Shown in pieces: positions 40,803-55,900 of a DNA stretch of 64,000 nt. The notes under the pieces are model-generated. The model was not told the origin of the DNA. It saw nothing but the letters and a program-made list of their open reading frames with translations, and ran no database searches. A program made the position numbers and the translations under genes. Source of the DNA: the human T2T-CHM13v2.0 reference genome, Homo sapiens. Numbering within the stretch: position 1 is the stretch's first letter; each line of letters opens with the position of its first letter. Location: contig CP086569.2 in assembly GCA_009914755.4 (NCBI GenBank), positions 23,776,001-23,840,000 of the forward strand, given 5' to 3'.

Positions 40803-41105
40803 TTTTTTGTTATTGTTGTTGTTGTTGTTGTTTTGAGACAGAGTTTTTCTCTTATTGCCCAGACTGGTGTGCAGTGGTGCCATCTCAGCTCACTGCATCC
40901 TCCACTTCCTGGGTTCAAGTGATACTTCTGCCTCAGCCTCCTGAGTACCTGGGACTACAGGCACCTGCCACCATGCCCGGCTAATTTTTTCTGTGTTTAG
41001 TAGAGGCGGGGTTTCACCATGTTGGCCACTCCTGACCTCAGGTGATCCACCCACCTCGGCCTCCCAAAGTGCTGGGATTACAGGCATGAACCACAGTGCC
41101 TGGCC
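40803..41105 (-). mobile_element. Alu (AluS-like) in antisense orientation inserted in the satellite
   Basis: A (TTG)n/T-rich tail 'ttttttgttattgttgttgttgttgttgttttgagacagag' is followed by '...cctcccaaagtgctgggattacaggcatgaaccacagtgcctggcc'. It is flanked by satellite sequence 'caagtgggagtggg' / 'agagttggggctc', an approximate TSD of 'agtggga(g/t)tgggg'. Confidence 0.9.
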
Positions 41106-43473
41106 AGAGTTGGGGCTCTTATACATGGATCTTGCCCATTGTTGAGACTGTGACTCCTGTACTTCGACCAAACTGATAGGAGATGTTAACTCTCATACCT
41201 GAGGGCAGGACTAGTATGGGACTGTGAAACTTACTTCTGACCATTTTTGAGAGTGTGATTGAGAAATATGGCTTTGCCCAGCCTATGAGTGTTTTGCATC
41301 TCTTATCTAGGCCCAGAGGACAGTTGAAATTGTGACATACATTCGCCAAGCACCTAAGCAACGTATAACACCTTTTTGGGAATGCGACAGAGGGCACTTT
41401 TACATATCTCTGGGACCAGCGCCCAGCCGATGTAAAATCTTGGCCTGAAACACGGCTACAAAGAGCATTATGGCTTTTATCTAGCTCTGTCATGTAAGTG
41501 ATGTCATTTCTTTCTACTGCCTTGGTCCTGCACTTATGGTGCCTAGTGACACATAACAGGATACTGCACCCAGGTGATGTGACTCATTTTTGGGTGGAGT
41601 TCTGCCAATAGAAAGATTTGTAACATATCACTTAGCTCAGCACCTAGGTGATGTTTTTTCTCTCTTGCCTGAGCCCTGACCACCAGAGAGATTGTAACAT
41701 ATTGCTGAACTCAGCACAAAGGTGAGGTCATTCTCCTGCATTTTCCTGCCCATAGGGACAGTTGTGACATATATCCAGGCGAATTGCCTAGGAGCAGTTT
41801 TTCTCCTCTCCTTCCTACGCCTGCCTTGTCCACAGAAGGAATTTAGATATATCACTGAAATCAGCATCCAGGCGATGTGAATCTTCTTCCAGAGTCCTCC
41901 CCACAAGAAGGATTGTGACATTTCACTGGACCAGCACCGACTCTGATGATGTGACTTTCCTTTCTTCTCCCTGCCCACAGGTGATATTGTGCCATATACT
42001 TGAGAGAAGATAAAAAAATTATAACAACAACTCCTGTACCTAGAGCCAGAACATTTGCAGGATGGTGACTCTCATCCCTGAACCTTTCCACAGGTGTTGT
42101 TGTGACATACACCTTTGCCAAGCTCCTGAGTGATTTAATAATCCTGCCTATTTATAGCCCAGAGATAACAGTTTGATATATACATTGGCCAAAAACCTTG
42201 GTGATTTGACTTCCCTGTCTTAGCAGTGTCCTCAGAAGGGATCGTAACAAATCTCTGGACCCATCATCTAGGGTATTTGACTTTTCTCTCCTGCATGAAC
42301 CCTGCTTCCAGTGAAGAGTGTAGCATTTCTAAGCACTGCATTTAAATGACATGACCCTCTTGCCTGGGCCCTTTCAATAGGAGGCATTGTTACATTTCTC
42401 TGGGCCCATCATTTAGGTTATATGACTCTCCTCTCCTGTGTGGACACTCTCCAGCAAGGACATTATGCCAACGACCTGGGCCTATGACCAAATTTTGTGG
42501 CTTTTCTGTTATGGCCCTTCCTGCAAATAAAATATTGGAACATTTTTGGCTCATGGTTTAGGTGATGTGGTTTTTCTGCCCATTTAATAACCACAGAGAG
42601 CATGGTAGCATATACCTAGGCGCAACTAACGGCCATGATAGTGACTGTCATATGTGAACCCAGCCAATAGGAGAAATTTTGACTTTTATAACTAGGTTTA
42701 GGAACATAAGTGATGTCAATGATCTCTTCCCGGTAAAAATGTCACAGAAGACTATAACACTCACACATGTTTTGTTACACCCTTGTGTTGTATAAAGAAT
42801 GCCATAACAGGGCCTAGCACACCGAGAAAATTGTCAGTCTCATATGCAAACCCAGCTGACAGCAAGAACTTTCACCATCATAGACGGATGAAGGCAACTC
42901 TTCTACATGAAAATAGGGCATGTGTGGTATTGTAAATCTAATTTCTAGAATTTTATTCCATCATGACTCTGATACAAATCTTTGTCATGCACCATTGTGA
43001 TTTCATTCTTAAGACTGGTTGAAGCCTACATATAAAATTTTGAGATCTCCCAGGGCCAACCTTGAAGTGGTTTGACTCTTCTCCCTGGGCCCTGCTCTCA
43101 GTAAGAATTTTGACATCACTGGATGCAGTAACCAGGTAATGTTATATTCTTGACTGCACCATGACACAGACATCATTGTGACATATTACTGTGTCCGTCA
43201 CTTAAAAGATGTAACTCTCCTCTCTGGAATGGGCACTGCACATAGGATAGGATAGTCACATATTCATAGGCCAGGCACACAGGTGATGATACTTTTTTTT
43301 TTTGCCAGGGCCATGCCCAAAAGAAGGCATTTTGACATATCAAAGGGCCTATCATGCAGGTAATATGACTCTTCTGCTTGGGATCTGCCCACCTGCATAG
43401 TGACACATTGCTAGGCCAGACAGAAAGGTGATGGTACTGTTCAGCCAGGGACAGGCTTTAAGAAAAGTTTTAT

Positions 43474-43922
<449 letters not shown>

Positions 43923-46900
43923 CTAAGGGGGGCTTGTGAATATCTCAGGACCCAGGACCATGTGATATGGTATTCAGCCTTGTTTTTTCCCACATATTAA
44001 AGTGTGACATATACCTAAAGAAGCACCTAGGTGATATGATTCTCTTTTTCTGCCTGATCCCTGCCTACTGGTGACATTCGGCCATATCTCTGAGCACATA
44101 ACCTATATGATGTGACTCTCTTATTCTGTCTGCGCTTTGACAATAAGAAGACTGTGAAATGTTAATGAGCCCAGCACTTAGGTAACGTAAGTCTTGTCTG
44201 GTTGCTGAACAACCCCCACAAACAAGACTTTTGCTGTATTTCAGGGCCCAACACCTGGATGATGTTACTCTTCTGCCTAGGTCATGCGTAAAGAGGGAAT
44301 TAGGGCATATTGCTTGGCCCAGTCCCGTAATGATATGACTCTCCTGCTTGTGCCAGAGCCACAGAAGGTATTTTGATATATCTTGTTCCCTTTCTGTACG
44401 TGTTTTGGCTCTCATAACTTTGCTGGTATTCTTCCACGTGTTGTTGTAGCATATTGCTGGTTCCAGCCCCCAGTTAATGTGACCCTCTTTCCTAGGCCCT
44501 GCCTAGGTAGAGTATTGTGACATATTGCTTGGAACAGCACCTAAGTGATGTTAACCTTCTGCCTAGATTTTGCCCACAAATGGGGTTATGACAGATACCT
44601 TGATTCAGTTCAAAAACATGATGATCAAGCTTATATCGGGATTCAGCCAACAGGAGATATTTTGCCTTGCATTGCTAGGTTTACATCAATAAGTTAGTCC
44701 CTTCATTGCATATTTATACAGAGCTCAGAGAAACTTACAACACTGATTCATATCATAAAACCTTCCTGGGTGGTACAGAGATATTTATGACGGATCCCAA
44801 CAAAAAATTGAGATTGTGAATCTCCACTACACATTCAAATGCAAGTAAAAGTTGTTATCTTCTCACATTTACAAATCTCATTGTTAAGGTCCTGAGTCTA
44901 ACAAGTGAATACAGGACCAAGTTGGAGTTGTGATTTTCAAAAGCTAATCTTGTCACGGGTGGGATGGTGACTCATACATATCTGGTCCCAGGTCACAGGC
45001 TTAAAAACAGTCTCATCTCTGAAGCCAGCCTAGAGAAGAGATGTTGAGAGTCATACCTTGGTTTAGGGCAATATGTAAGATCATGAGTTCATATAAGCAT
45101 GTGGGCCTCAGAGAGGTTTTCAACTCTCAGGCATGTTGTATAGTGTTCTCAGATATTGCAGAGAATGTCATACAAGGGTCAGCACACACATGAGATTGTG
45201 ACTGTCATATAAACAACTAGCTAACCATTAATTGTGTCACCGTTAAAGGTGAAGAGATTGTGTCATATCACTTGGCGTCATACCCCAGTGTTGAGACATT
45301 TTTGTTTAAATTCCTTTCCAAAAGGGCATTGTCACATATCACTGGGTCAGAATAATGATAATGGCCTTGAAAACAGGGGATATTTTCACACACCCCCAAG
45401 CCTATTGGCCAGGTGATATGTCTCTCCTGCTAGTGCATTGCCCACAGGGGACATTGTGATATATCACTAGATACAGCATCTAGGTAATACTCCTGCCTGG
45501 AACCTGTCCACCAAATAAATTGTGACATACAACTGAGTGCAAAACCTAGGTGACATGACTCTCCTATTTGTCCTGGACTCTGCCAAGACAGGGAATTTCT
45601 ACATATTGCTGAGCCCAGCACCCAGGTGTTGTGATTCTTTTTTTACTTTTATTTTTCATCAAATCTGTCTACATTGGGCATGGTGACATATTACCTGAGG
45701 GTCTACCCAGGTGATGTGGCTCTTCAGCCTGATTTCTGCTCACATGTTAGATTGTGACATACAACTAGGAAAGCACCTAGGTATATGACTCTCCTTTTCA
45801 GCCCATGCCCTGCCCTACTGGGACAGTGGGATCTATCTCTGAGCCCAAGACCTAAGTGAAGTGACTCTCTTCTTCAGTCTGGTCTTTGCAGTGACGGCAT
45901 TGTGACATATTGCTGAGCCCAGCACTCAGATTTATTGACAGCTATTTCTCTTGAACCATGCAAACAAACAGAAATGTTGACCTATTGCAGGGCTCAGCAC
46001 ACATATAATGTTACTCTTTTGCCTGGATTTTGCGTACACGGAGAATTATGGCATATACTAATATATAATAATAGCACACTAAAAATGTGACTGTCATGCT
46101 TTCCTGCAGCTACAGAAGGCATTTTGACATATACTGAGCTTATTCTGTAGATGTCTTGGCTCTGATTTTTTGCCTGTTCTTTTTCTACATATGGGATTGT
46201 GTCATATTGCTGTGTCCAGTACCCAGTTAATATGACTTAATTCCTATACGCTGCCTAGAGATGGCATTGTGGCATGATGCTTGGCACAGCACAGTGATGT
46301 TACACCCCTGCCTAGTTTTGGCCCACAAATAGGATTATGACATATACCTTACTTCAGTTCACAGGCATGATGGTCTAAATTACACTGGGAATCAGCCAAA
46401 GGAGATATTTTGCCTTTTATCACTAGAACAAGGGAAATAGGTGAGGTTGTGGGTTGCATATTTGTACCAAACTCAAAGACCTTTACAACACTAACTCATA
46501 ATGTATAAATGTGTGGAGTACAGAGAGTTTCATGACAGGGAGTAGCAAAAATTCAGATTGGGACTCTCGATTACACAACCAAGTAAAAGCAAACGTTGTC
46601 ACTATTCCATATGTCCAAACCTCACTGTTAAGGTCTTGAGTCTAACAAGTGAATACAGTACAACATCAGAATTGTGACCTTCATATGTGGATCTGGCCAC
46701 GGGTGGGATGGTGACTCATTTCTGGATCCAGCTTACAGGCATAATAAACTGTCTCATCCCTGAACCCAAACTGCAGAAGAGATGTTGACTATTATACCTG
46801 AGTTTAGGGTAATATGTAAGATCATGAATCCATACAAACATGTAGGCCTCAGAGTGGTTTGCAACTCTCACGCATGCTGTATAAAGCCTTCAAATGTCAC

Positions 46901-49900
46901 AGAGTGTCAATCAACAGCCCAGGAAACACATGAAATTGTTATATTCATGTAGACAGTCAGTTCACAGTTAATGGTGTCACCCTCAAAGGCAACAAAATTT
47001 GGTATATTACTAGGCCATGTACCCACCTGTTGAGACATTTTGGCATAAATTCTTTCCCACAGGTGCACTGTGACGTATCACTGGGTTCATATCATTGTAA
47101 TGTGACTCTTCTGTCTGGACCCTGCCAACAGGGGATATTATCACATATCTCTGGACCTATAAGTAGGGGAATTTTTCTCTCCTGCATGTTCCCTGCCCCC
47201 AGAAGGCATTGGAAAATATTAACTTAACATCTGGGTCACGTGATTCTACTCTCCTGCCTGGGTGTGGCTCACCAAAGAAGTTGTGACATAGCACTGATTG
47301 CAAAATCTATGTGATGTGGCTTTCCTTCATATTCTAGACTCTTCCAAGCCAGCAGATTATTACAGTTTGCAAAGCCCAGCACTGAGGTAGAGTAGAGTGA
47401 CACTCCTCTTTTTCTTTTTTTCCTGGCAATAGTGTGCTTGGTGACATAATCTTTGAGGCTGTCACATCACCAAGATTATATTGTATCACTGGACCAGCAT
47501 AAAGCTGACACTTCTGACTATGCCCAGCCTTCAAATAATACTACACTGTATAATTGGCTCAACACCCAGGTAATGTGACTTTCCTTTCTTGTCCCTGCTC
47601 ACAGGCCAAGTTTTGACATATATCTGGGTTAAGCACACATGCAGAATAATAACTCTCATACCTGGACCCAGCCAGTAGAGATAATTGACTCTCATAGGCA
47701 GTCTCACGACAATGGGTTATGTCCTGAGTTTTTCAACTGTATAAAGTTCACAAAGGATTATAACACTCGGGTATATCATATACAGCCTTAATTGTACAAT
47801 GAGTGTCATAAGAGAGGCCAGAAATGAAGTGAGAATGGGACTTTTAAATGCACACCCAGCTGACATGATTGTCATTCTCACACATGAACAGGGCGTAGGA
47901 ATGAGATACTAATCTCACACATAAAAAAACAGTCAAATGTTTAAATAATTACTCTTACACATAGATCTGATTCACAGGTGGTTTGGTAAAGTTTGAACCA
48001 TGATTCAGCACACCTGTGGTGTTGTGTCTTCCCTACTGGAACACAGTCTTCAAGGGGGATTGGGGCTCCTATACATGAATCTTGACCATTGTTGAGATTG
48101 TGACTCCTCTACTAAGATCTACCTCATAGAAAGAGTTGGCTCAGGTACAGGAAACTAGGTGTTGTGTGGCATGTGAAACTTATTTCCAAGCATATCTGAG
48201 AGTGTGATTTGGACAGGTAACCATGTCCAGCACATGAATAATCTGACTCTCTTTTCTAGGCCCAGAACTCGGATGAAATAGTGCCCTATGTTGAACAAGC
48301 ACCTAAGAAATATGTAATACCTTCTTTGGCCTTGTCTGCAAAGGGCACTTTCATATATCACTGGGACCATCACCCAGGTGATGTGAATTATCTGCCTAAA
48401 ACCTGCCTACAAGAGGAATTGTGTTTTATATCTACATCCACCATGAATTGAAGTGACTCCCTTCTACTGCCTTGGCCCTGCCCTTACAGTGCATTTTGAC
48501 ACATAAGCAGAAACTGTGTCCAGGAGATCATTGTCCTTTTTGCGTTCTGCCAACTGGAACATGGTAACATATCACTTAGCTCAGAATGTAGGTGATGTTT
48601 CCTCGCATTGTCCTCGCCCTGACCACAGGGAGATTGTGACATATTTCTGGGTCCAGCACCCTTGTGAGGTCACTCTCCAGCCTTGGTAATGCACATAAGA
48701 AGCATTGTGACAAATAGCTAGGCCAATTGCCCAAGTGAAGTGAGTGTCCTCTCTAGCAAAAATCCTGCCCAGAGAAGAGGTTTTGATATTTCACTGACAC
48801 CAGCATCCAGGTGATTTGACTCTTCTGCCAGGGTCCTGTCCACAAGGTAGACTGTGACTTCTCACTGAATCCACACCCATGTAGCTGATGAGATTTTCTT
48901 CTCTTCTCTCTGGCCACTGCCGATATTGTGCCTTATACAAGAGACCATAAATAAAAGCCTAATAACAACACATATATCTGGAGCCAGGACATGTGCAGCA
49001 TGGTGACTCTTAGTCTTAAAGCGATACACAAGTGTAACTGTGACATATACCTTTACCCAGCTCCTTAGTGATTTAATAATTCTGCATAGGTATAGCATCA
49101 AAATGAGATTTTGACAAATCCTTGGTATAAGCATCTTCATGATTTGACTGTGTTATCTTAATAATATCCACAGGCGTGACTGTAACGTATTTCTGGCCCA
49201 TCACATAGGTTACATGACTGTTCTCTCCCACCTGTACATGATTTTCTTTGGTAACTGTATCATTTCTAAACACTGTATCCAAATGATATGACTCTCTTGC
49301 CTGGGCCCTGTCAAGAGGAGGCATAGTGACATATTTTGGGTTCCATCATTTACCTGATATGGCAGCTCTCCTCTCCTGCTTGGACACTGCCAATAAGGGA
49401 CACTGTGCCACCAAGCTGGATCTAGCACACAATTTATGTGGCATTTCTACAGGATCCTGCCTACAAAGAGAATATTGGAATATTTCTGGCCAAGAATTTA
49501 GGTGATGTGATTGTTCTGCCTGCTTCATAACCACAGAGAGTAATATTTGTACACAGAGAGTTGCATATTTGTACAAAGTCCAAAGATTACAACACTAACT
49601 TATATTGTATAAACTCATTGGTGGTAAAAACTTTCATAACAGGGCCCAGTAGAAAGTTCAGATTTGGAGTACTGATTATACACCCCAGTAAAATTAAAAG
49701 TTGTCACCATCCTACATATACAATGCCCACTGTGGAATACGGCACAAAGTTGCAATTGTGAATTTATATGTGGATCTGTCTGGAGGTGGGATAATAATGG
49801 GTCTTCTCCTTTAACCCTACATATAAAAGAGATGCTGACTATCAAATCTGAATTGAGGGCAATGTGTAAAATTGTGAACCCATATGAGCATGCAGGTCGC

Positions 49901-52900
49901 TGAGAGGTTTACAACTCTCATGCAGGTTTTATAAAGCCCTCGGATGTAAAGAGTGTCATACATTGGCCCAGCATACATGTGAGATTGTGATTCTAATATT
50001 CAACCTTAGCTGAAAGTTAAAGGTGTCACCCTAAAAGATGAGGAGAGTGTGTCTTATCACTAGGCCTGGTAACCAAGTGTTGAGAATTAGGGCTTAAATT
50101 TTGCCCATAGGTGCATTGTGAATTATCACTGGGTCAGAATCCTAATAATGTGAAACTTCTTCTTGGACCCAGCCAACAGGGGATATTATCACGTATCTCT
50201 GGGCCTATCAGCTAGGTGATGTGGTGTCTCTCATGCCAGTGCCCTGCCACAGTGGACACTGGGACATATCACTATAGTATCTAGGTAATGTGACTCTCCA
50301 CTCCTGCCTGGATTCTGGCCACTGAAGAAATTTTGACATACCACTGAGTGCAAAACCTAGGTGATGTGACTCTCTTCTTTGTCTTGGACTCTGCCAGTGA
50401 GCTTTGTCTTGAACTCTGCTAATGAGGAAATAATAAAATATTGCTGAGCCCATCACCTAGGGGCGTGACAATCCTCTATTTTTCAATCCAGGGTTTAGTG
50501 GTCATGATAATATTATCTGAGACTGTATCCAGGTGATATGACTGTTCTGACTGGGTCCTGACTAAAAAGGAAATTATAACGTATCCCTTGCTCAGCAACC
50601 AGATAATGTAACTCTTCTCTCTTGTCTCTGTCCAAAGGTGAAATTGTGATGTATACCTGGATTCAGCTCATATAATAACTGGATTCAGCACAATAATAAC
50701 TCTCATACCTAGACCTAGCCAGTGGGAGATATTTGACTTTCACAGGCAGTCTTAAGGCCATGGGTAAAGTCCTAGATCTCCCACCTGTAATAATTTACGG
50801 GAAATTATACTACTCAGGCATATCATATAAAGCCTGAATGTTACAAAGAGTTTCATAACAGGTACCTGCAACCAGGTTCCATTGTGACTCTTGGATGCAT
50901 AGACAACTGACATGATTTTCATCTTCACACATGTACAGAGCCTACAAATGAGGTAGTAAATCTCACACACATAAGCAGTTGAAGCTTGAAATTGTTACTC
51001 TCATACACGAATCTGATCCATAGGTGATTTGGTGATGTTTGAACTATGATTTAGTCAAACTGTGGTACTTTGACTTTCCTACTGGAACACAATCTTCAAG
51101 TGGGATTGAGACTCTTCTATGTGGATCTTTCCTATTTTTGAGATTGTGACACCTGTACTTCAACCCAACTTATAGGAGGTGTTGACTCTCATACCCAAAT
51201 CCAGGACTTGTGTGGGACTGTGAAACTTATTTCTGAACATTTTTGAGTGTGTAACTGAGAAGTATAACTTTGCACAGAATCTGAGTGTTTTGACTCTCCT
51301 TTCTAGGCCCAGAGCACAGTTGAAATTGTGACTTACATGCACCAAGCACCTAAGCAATAAGTAACATCTTTTTTGGTAATGAAACATAGGGCACTTTTAC
51401 ATATCACTGAGATCAGCACTTGGCTGATGTGAAATCTTGGCCTGAGGCCTGCCTACAGAGAGCACTGTGGTTTTTATATAAGTTGATTACTTAAGTGACA
51501 TGACTTCCTTCTACTGTCTTGGCCCTGCACTTCTGGTGGTGGATTGTGACACGTAACTAGGTACTGCACCCAGGTGATGTGACTTTTTTGGAGAATGAAG
51601 TTTCTGCCAGTAGGAAGCTTTGTAACGTATTACTTGGCTCAGCGACTAGGTGATATTTCTTTTCTCTTGCCTGTGCCCTGACCGCCAGAGAGATTGTGAC
51701 ATGTTGCTGAACCTAGCACCAAAGCGAGGGTTACTCCCCTGCCTTGATCCTACACATAGGGGCCATTGTGACGTATATTCAGGCCAATTGCCTAAGTGAA
51801 GTTTGTCTTCTCTCCTGCCTAAGTTCTGCTCACAGGGGGGATCTTATATGTCACTGAAACCAGCATCCGGATGATGTGACTCTTCTATCAGAGTCCTAGC
51901 CACAAGGACAATTGAGACATTTCACTGGACCAGCATCCACTAAGGTGATGGAACTTTCCTTTTTCTCTCTGCCCACAGGTGATATTGTTCCATTTACCTG
52001 AGACCAGATAAAAAGCCTAATGATGACGCTTGTCCCCAGAGCCAGGACACGTGCAGGACAGGATCATTACTCTCATCCCTGCCCCAGATTTTCACAGGTA
52101 CTATTGTGACATACACCTTTACCCAGCTCCTGAGTGATTTAATAATCCTGCCTTGTTATAGCCCGCAGATGACATTTGGACCTACACCTTTCCCAGGAAC
52201 CTTTGTGATTTTACTCTTGTGTCCTAACAGGTTCTCGGAAGTGATCATAACATATCTCTGGAGCCATTGTCTAGGTTACATGACTCTCCTCTTCTGCATG
52301 AACCCTGCTTCCAGTGAAGAGTAGCATTTCTAAGCACTGCACCCAAATGACATGAGTCTCTTGTCTGGGCTTTTTAAAGGGGGGGCTTTGTGATATCTCT
52401 CTGGGCCCTTCATTTAGGTGATATGACTCTCCTCTACTGCCTGGACACACTCCACAAAGGGCATTATGCCATAGAGCTGAGTCTAGCACCTAAGTTTTGT
52501 CATATTTCTGTTAGGGCCCTCTCTACAAAATAAAGTTGGGGTATTTCTGGCTTAGGATTTAGGTGATGTCGTTTTCTGCCTGTTTAATTACCACAGATGA
52601 GATGGCGCCGTATCTGTAGACACATCTAAAATACATGATAAGGACTCTCATATGTGAACCCAGCCAATAGGAAACATTTTGACTCTTATAACTAGGCTTA
52701 GGGAGATAAGTGATATCCAGCATCTCCTTCTGGTAAAAAGGTCACAGAAGATTACAACATTCACACATATTTTATAACATCCTTGTGTCGTATAGAGAGA
52801 GTCATAACAGGGCCTAGCACATGGAGAAAATTGGGATTCTCATATGTACATTCAGCTGACAGTAACGGCTTTCACCATTACAGATGATGAAGGCAATTGT

Positions 52901-55900
52901 CCCACATAAAAATAGAACACGCCTGATATTGTAAATCTAATCCCTAGAATTTTATTCCATCATGACTGATATAAATCTTTGCCAAGTGCCTGTGTGAGTT
53001 CACCCTTCAGATTGGTTCCAGCCTACCTATGGGATTTTGGTATCTACCTAAGCCAACCTTGAAGTGACGTGACTCTTTTGCCTGGGCCCTCCACTCAGAA
53101 TTATAACATCATTGGATCCAGCACACAGGTGACGTTACATTCTTGCTTGCGCCATGCTCGCAGATATCATTGTGACATATTGCAGTGTCCATCAGTTAGA
53201 AGATGTCACTCTCCTCTCTGGAAAGGGCCTTGAACACTGGGCAAAATAGTGACCTGTTTCTAGGCCAGGCACACAGGTGATGATGCTCTTTTCCCAGGGC
53301 TATGCCCAAAAAAGGGCATTTGACATATCACAGGACCTATCGTGTAGGTGATACGGCTCTTCTGCTTGAAACTTGCCCAATTGAATAGTGACATACTGCT
53401 AGGCCAGGCACAATGGTGATGGAACTCTTTTGCCAGGGCCATGCTTTCAAAAATGCCTTGTCATATATACCTGGTCCTATCACCAAGGTGATGTGACTTC
53501 CTGCTTGGTCCTGCCCACATGAAGTATTGAGACATAAGCGTGGAATCTGCACCTAGGTGACATAACTCTCTTGCCTGGGTCCTTTTCTAAGAGGGACTTG
53601 TGAATACCTCAGTACCCAGGACCACATGATGTGGCTCTTCAACCTGGTTTTCACCCACATATTAAATTGTGACATATAGCTAAAGAAGCATCTAGGTAAT
53701 ATGACTCTTCTTCTGTCTGAACCCAGCCTACTGGTGATATTGGGCCATATTTCTAAGCCTGTGACCTAAGTGATGTGACTCTATTTTTGTCTAGGGCTTT
53801 ACAATGGTAAGATTATGAGATATTGATGAGCTCAGCATTTAGGTAATGTGACTCTCATCTTGTAACTGAACAACGCCCAGGAACAGATCTTTTGCCGTAT
53901 TTCAGGGCCCAGTACCCAGATGAAGCTGCTCTTCTGCCTAGGTTGTGCATAAAGAGAAAATTGTGGCATATTTCTTGGCCTAGAACCCTAATGATGTGAC
54001 TCTCCTGCTTGTGCCAGGACCGCAGAAGGTATTTCGACATATCTTTGGCCCATTTTCTAGGTGTTTTCACTCTTACCACTTTGCTGAATTTCTTCCACGT
54101 GTGGTTGTATTATATTGCTGACTCCAGCCTGCAGTTAATGTGGCCCTCTTTCCTAGGTGCTGCTTACAGAGGGCATCATGACATATTGCTTGACAAAGAA
54201 CCTAAGTGATGTTAATATTCTGCATAGGTTGCTAAAAAATGGGAATGTGAGAAATACCTTGCTTCAGTCCAAAGGTATGATGATCAAGCTTATGTTGGGA
54301 TTCAGCCAATAGGAGAGATTTTTCCTCTCACCACCAGGTTTAGGTCAAAGAGTCAGGTTACTCATTGCACATTTCTACAAAGCTCACAGTAGTTTACAAC
54401 ACTAACTCATGTAATAAAAATTTCCTGGGTGATACAAAGGGTTTCTTAACAGTGCCCAGCAAACAGTTAAGATTATGATTCTTGACTGCACACTCAGATG
54501 AAAGTAAGTTTTTACCATCCTACATCTACAAAGCCCATTGTTGAGATCCTGAGTCTAAGCAAATACACCACAAAGATGGAGTTGTGACTTTCATAAATGA
54601 ATATGGCCGCAGGTGGGATGGTGACTCATTTTTGGAGCCAACTCTCAGTCATAATAATGATCTCATCCCTAACACCAGTCTATAGGAGAGATGCTGACTG
54701 TCATACCTGGGTTTAGGGCAATATGCATAATCATAATTCTGTAAATGCCTGTAGGCCTCAGAGAGGATTGCAACTCTCATGCATGTTGCATAACGTTCTC
54801 AGGTATTATAGAGAGTGTCATACAATGGCAAGCACACACATGAGATTGTGACTCTCTTATACACAGATAGCTAACATTTAATGGTGTCACCCTTAAAGAT
54901 GAGGAGATTTTGTCATATATCTTGCCCTACTAGCTGGTGTTGAGAACTTTTAGTTTAAATTTCATTCCATTAGGGCATTGTTACATATCACTGGGTCAGA
55001 ATCAAAATAATGTGACTCTTCTTCCAGGGCCCTGCAAACAGAGGATATTTTCCCATATCTCCAGGCCTATTGGCTATGTAATATGTCTCTCCTGCCAGTA
55101 CTTTGCCCAGAGGAGACACTGACATATTGCTGGATTTAGAATCTAGGAAATTTGACCCATCTTTACTGCCTGGATCCTCCTCACTGAAAAAATTGTCATA
55201 TACCATTGAGTGCAGAGCCTAGGTGACAGAAGTCCCCTTTTTTTCCTGGACTCTGTCAAGAGAGGGAATTGTTACATATTGGTGAGCAGAGCACCCACGT
55301 GGTGTCATTATCTAATTTTATAAGAAACCTATCTATGCTGGGGATGGTGACATATTACTTGCAGTTGTACCCAGGTGATGTGGCTCTTCTGCCTGGTTTC
55401 TGCCCGTGGGTAAGGTTTTTGGCATATAACTAGGGAAACATTTAGGTGATATGAGTCTCCCTTTCTGCCTGGGCCCTGTTCACTGGGTACACTGGACTAT
55501 ATCTCTGAGCCCATGAACTAAGGGAAGTGACTCTCTTTTTCTGCTGGGTCTTTACAATGGAGAGATTGTGAAATATTGCTCAACCTAGCAATCAGGTTAT
55601 TTGATTCACCTTTTTTTTTTTTAATCTCAAATCATGCCCACTAACAGAAATTTTGGCCTATTGCAGGGCCCAGCACCCAGATAATGTTACGCCTTTACGT
55701 GGGTCCTGTATGTAGAGAATATTATAACATACTGCTGGGCCCAGCATCCTGAAAATATAAAACTCATGACTTTGCTGGAGGCAGAGAAGGTATTTTCACA
55801 GATCCTGGGCCCATTATGTAGGTGTTTTGGCTCTTATCTTTTTGCTGTTTTTTTTTTTTTTTTTTTCACTTTTGTTTTTGTTTGTTTCCACATAATGGAT